Of a stretch of 64,000 nt of DNA, positions 59,967 through 64,000 are shown in pieces. The stretch spans positions 11,336,213-11,400,212 of the forward strand of contig OZ234493.1 in NCBI GenBank assembly GCA_965153455.1, written 5' to 3'. A program made the position numbers and the translations under genes. Under the pieces are notes generated by a model that worked only from the letters and a program-made list of their open reading frames with translations, had not been told where the DNA came from and did not search any database. Numbering within the stretch: the first letter of the stretch is position 1; each line of letters starts with the position of its first letter. This DNA comes from Sphagnum compactum (lineage: Eukaryota).

Positions 59967-62900
59967 TCACGCTCTACGTCTTCTCTTTGCCGGTCTAGTG
60001 TGGATTTCTTCTATGGTTTCTTGGGCATGTTCCATGTCGGATTCATTCACCCAAGATGCCTCTATTGCATGGTAGCCTTTCCACTTAACTAAGTATTCCC
60101 GCTCTCGCCCTCTAAGTTGCCTTGATTTGAGCACGGCCTCTACCTCAAACTCTGGTTCATTATGAACCAAGTCCGGTGGAGGCCTTGAGTGATGCTCTCT
60201 ATTAGGCCTTGAGGCGTCGCGGGAGACCGGCTTCAAAAGGGAAACATGAAATGTGGGATGAACTCTAAGATTTTCCGGTAATTCTAACTTATAAGTGTCG
60301 GAAAGTTTCTTTTCCAACACTTTGAATGGACCCGCATATGGGCCCCATAAACTTATGACTTAACCCTTCGGGCAACCGGAAGTTCTTGATGTTCAATCAC
60401 ACCTCGTCTCCTTCTTGAAACTTCACCTCTCGTCGGGACTTGTCCGCAAAATCCTTGTACCTTTTGTGCGCCTTTTCCAAGTTAGCTTTTGCCAACTCCC
60501 ACAAGCGCTTCCTTTCTTCATCAAGTTGTGTGACCATTGGCACTTCCTCACTTGCATCAATCGAAGGTTGTCCTTGTGCTGCCCAAGTCATGGGCACAAT
60601 TGGTGACTTGGCCGTCACCATTTGGAATGAGGTGGACCCAGTTGCGTAGTGTACCGAGTTATTGTAACAAAACTCGGCTAACTCCAAATGGTCCACCCAA
60701 TCTTGTTGATCCGCCGCCACATAATTCCTTAGGAATTGTTGGATCACCAAGTTCACCCTCTCGGTTTGTCCATCGGTTTGGGGACGGAATGAAGTGCTCA
60801 TCTTGAGTTCCGACCCCATGCGCTTCCACAAGGCCCGCCAAAACTTACTTGTGAATTTTGGATCTCGATCCGACACTATGTCCTTTGGAAGACCATGATG
60901 CTTGAAAATGTGGGAGAAGAACAACCTCCCCGTCTCTTGAGCCGTGGCTTCATCCTTTGTGGGAATGAAGTGTGCCATTTTGCTAAATCGATCCACCACA
61001 ACCATGATGGCATCAAACCCCTTTGAAGGGGGCAAACTTACCATGAAGTCCATGGACACACTTTCCCACGGCCCTTCGGGAATTGGCAAAGGTTGCAACA
61101 AACCCGCTTGCTTCTTGTTGAGGGTCCGGTTTTGTTGACAAGTTAAACAAGTCTTCACGTACTCCTCCGCATCATCCTTCAAGTTGGGCCAATAGTAGGA
61201 CTTCTTTAGGAATGTTGTGGTGCGCTTTGCACCACCATGGCCCGCAAGTGGCCCATCATGACATTCCTTCAAAAGTGTGTCTCGCATCTTCCCTTCCGGC
61301 ACGTAGAGTCGGTTTTGCTTGTACCACAACAATCCATTTTTCAAATGGAAGTGGGACTTGGCTCCATTTTGAATGCTTTGCCTTGCCTCCTTGGCAAAAG
61401 CATCCCGGCGGTTTGCTAATCTAACTTCCTTTTGAAGTTCCGACTCTCCCACATACACCACTCTAAGTTGGTGTCTCCGGCTCAAGGCATCGGGGACTAC
61501 GTTATCCTTTCCCGGCTTGTGCCGGATGTCCACATTGAACAAGGCCAATGTGTCTTGCCACCTTACTTGCTTGGATGACAACTTGGGTTGAATTGCAAAG
61601 TACTTCAAGGTCACATTGTCGGTCCACACCACTACATCTTTGGAGCCTATGTAGTGACCCCAAGTCTTGAGACAATGTATGACCGCCCACATTTCCTTCT
61701 CGTGTGTTGGTCACCTTCGCTCCGTCTCACTCAACTTCTTGCTTTCAAAGGCCACCGGTCTTCCATCTTGCACTTTGACACCCCCAATTGCAAAGTCGGA
61801 GGCGTCGGAATGGATTTCAAAGTCCTTGTCAAAGTCGGGCAACTTCAACACCGGCGCCTTCACCAAAATGCCTTTCAATGTCTCAAAGGCTTCATCGCAT
61901 GCTTATCCCAATCATAGGTGACGGCAGACTTCTTCAAAAGGTTTGTCAAAGGAGCCCCTATTTTCGCAAAGTTCTTTATGAACTTGCGATAGTAGGAGGC
62001 CAATCCCAAAAAGGATCTCAAAGCGGGAACCGACTTCGGCGACTCCCAATCCAAGATTGCCTTAACCTTGTGATCATCCATCATCAAACCATCTTGGGTT
62101 ATTCTATGCCCAAGAAAGTCCACTTCCATCACCCCAAATTTGCACTTCTCGAGCTTGGCATACAACTTGTTTTCCCTTAGCCTTTTGAACACCTTGCGAA
62201 GGTGCTCCGCATGCTCCTCCATGGAGCTACTATAGATCAAAATGTCGTCTATGTAGACGACCACAAAATCATCAAGCCATTCGCAGAAAATGTCATTCAT
62301 GAGAGTGCAAAATGTTGCGAGTGCATTGGTGAGCCCAAATGGCATCACCAAAAATTCATATGAGCCATACCTTGTGCGACAAGCGGTCTTTTCTTCGTCC
62401 CCTTCCTTGATCCTCATTTGGTAATACCCCGAACGTAGATTAATTCTACTAAAAACTTTGGCTCCCGAGAGACGATCAAATAGATCATCGATGCGAGGTA
62501 AAGGATACTGATTTTTCACCGTTGCCTTGTTGAGTGCTCTATAATCAACACACATCTTCAAAGTCCCATCCTTTTTGTGAACAAAAAGGACGGGTGCCCC
62601 ATACGGTGATTTGCTTGGTTTGATGTAACCTTTCGCGAGGAGTTCCTCAAGTTGAACCTTGAGTTCCTTCAACTCCTCGTGGCTCATTCTATATGGGGCC
62701 TTGGCGGGCGGTTTCACTCCCGGTATCACTTCAATCGCATGATCAACTCGTCTTCTCGGGGGCAAGTCTTCGGGCATCACATCCGGGAACTCTTGTAAGA
62801 CTTGCTTTATGCACTTGGCGGAAGTCACCAACTTGGTGGCTTCCTTGGGCTCATATTCGTCCAACACCCGCATGACACACGTCATGCCGAAACCCCCCAC

Positions 62901-64000
62901 ACATTCTTTTTCCCAAGCTTTTCCTAACATGAAGTGGATGGTTGAACCACCCACACAAGGCAACTCATGTGCCTTAACTCGCACAATCCCACTTTTAGAT
63001 GGGATTCTAACCAACCTATTGTGCCCTTCAATGAGCACATTGTTTTGGGTGATGAACTCCATTCCAAGAACGCAATCCATTCCACCCAAGGTGGAAACCA
63101 ACAAGTCCACCTTTCCTCTCCAATTCCCTAATTGGAGAGGCGCTCCCTTTGTTTGTAAAGTAGTTGGATGGGGAACCCCATCCGCGAAATGCACCTCAAT
63201 GGGTGCCTTGAGCTCCTCCAAGTGGAGCTCCATCCTTTCGGCGCTCTCCCGAGTTATGAAGTTGTGGGAGGCCCCTGTGTCCAAAAGGCATAAGATTTCC
63301 CGTTTAGCAATCTTCCCTTTCAAGAATATAAGTCGATTGCATTCCGGTTGGGCTAAAGTGGCACTGAGAGCAAGTACCTTAGAGCTCCCAACCCCCGTTT
63401 TGGATTTGGGACAATCTTTGGAGTAATGCCCCACCTCGTTGCAATTGAAACATGCACCCTTGGGCTTTGCTCCAAAATCTCCCTTGGTTTGGCTCCCTTT
63501 GAAAGGAGCCCCTTTTTTCACGAAGCTACCTTTTGGCTTGAACCCCGAGCCTTAGAATTGTTTGGTCTTTTCCTTGGTTGGGTTACCTTGCCCCCGGTTC
63601 CATTCCCCCTCATGCCTTGGCTTTTTGTGAAGGAACTTGTTGTCCTTCTTGAACCCGGATTTGTCACTCCGCCCCACATCCGAGAAGTTCTCCACTTTCG
63701 TGACGGCCTCGGATAATGAGGCGGGCCAATTCTCCTCAAGCTTTCGCTTAGCCCAAGTCGGAAGTCCCATCACGAATTGGCACACACGGTCCAACTCGTG
63801 CATGTGCCGGATCTCAAACATGAGCTCGGAATAGGCCCTCACATATTGCCTCAAATTTTCATTTGTGGCATTCACAAGCTCACGGAGTTTGCACCTTGAG
63901 ATGTAGTCGGAATTTCTCGGAATGAACTCCGCGTCAATGCGATCCTTGAAAAACTCCCACGTATAGCCATGGTTCTTGCCCTCCTCTTGTCTCACCGTCT
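59967..64000 (-). pseudogene. gag-pol polyprotein with 4 visible lesions
   Basis: [33 protein letters not shown], RNase H SDASDFAIG, integrase H-H-C-C and SMDF/SDRD/ERVN, chromodomain YLVKWKGY. Lesions: TAA 63552-63554, frameshift ~61903, TGA 61711-61713 and TGA 60397-60399. Confidence 0.93.

Larger units (their letters stand above)
58367..64000 (-). mobile_element. Ty3/Gypsy chromovirus LTR retrotransposon (3' part; continues beyond the window)
   Basis: 3' LTR 58367-59186, PPT at 59187-59196, and gag-CCHC-PR-RT-RH-INT-chromodomain order. Confidence 0.96.

Noticed and set aside
63552..63554. Programmed stop-codon readthrough between gag and pol
   Set aside because: The TAA lies upstream of the gag CCHC knuckle and fits a CAA>TAA mutation; the element has other inactivating lesions.

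Overview
AT-rich nuclear DNA from a land plant, most likely a moss of the Sphagnum type (inferred from the repeat families, the chromoviral Ty3/Gypsy element and the style of the PLS-DYW PPR gene). Intact spliced genes reconstructed by hand: the 3' end of a CHUP1/IPGA1-like gene, V-ATPase proteolipid subunit c, a PIG3-type NADPH:quinone oxidoreductase, a PLS-DYW PPR protein whose targeting peptide appears to lie on two upstream exons missed by the ORF track, an 18-exon NADP-malic enzyme, NAA50 and plastid stromal Hsp70. There is also an intronless USE1-like SNARE pseudogene. Intergenic space holds nested transposons: a full-length decayed PIF/Harbinger element with TIRs and a TAA TSD, MITEs, a solo LTR inside a foldback element, a CACTA element inside a hAT remnant, and the 3' part of a chromodomain Ty3/Gypsy element. 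The most unusual regions are two decayed tyrosine-recombinase-like ORFs at 3.3-7.6 kb (one Crypton/DUF3504-like) and a mosaic of captured host-gene fragments at 55.4-58.1 kb (LRR-like, DsbA/GST-kappa-like, AVT6-like, SEC14-like) next to a Helitron-like 3' terminus. All family assignments come from motif recognition by eye; no searches were run.
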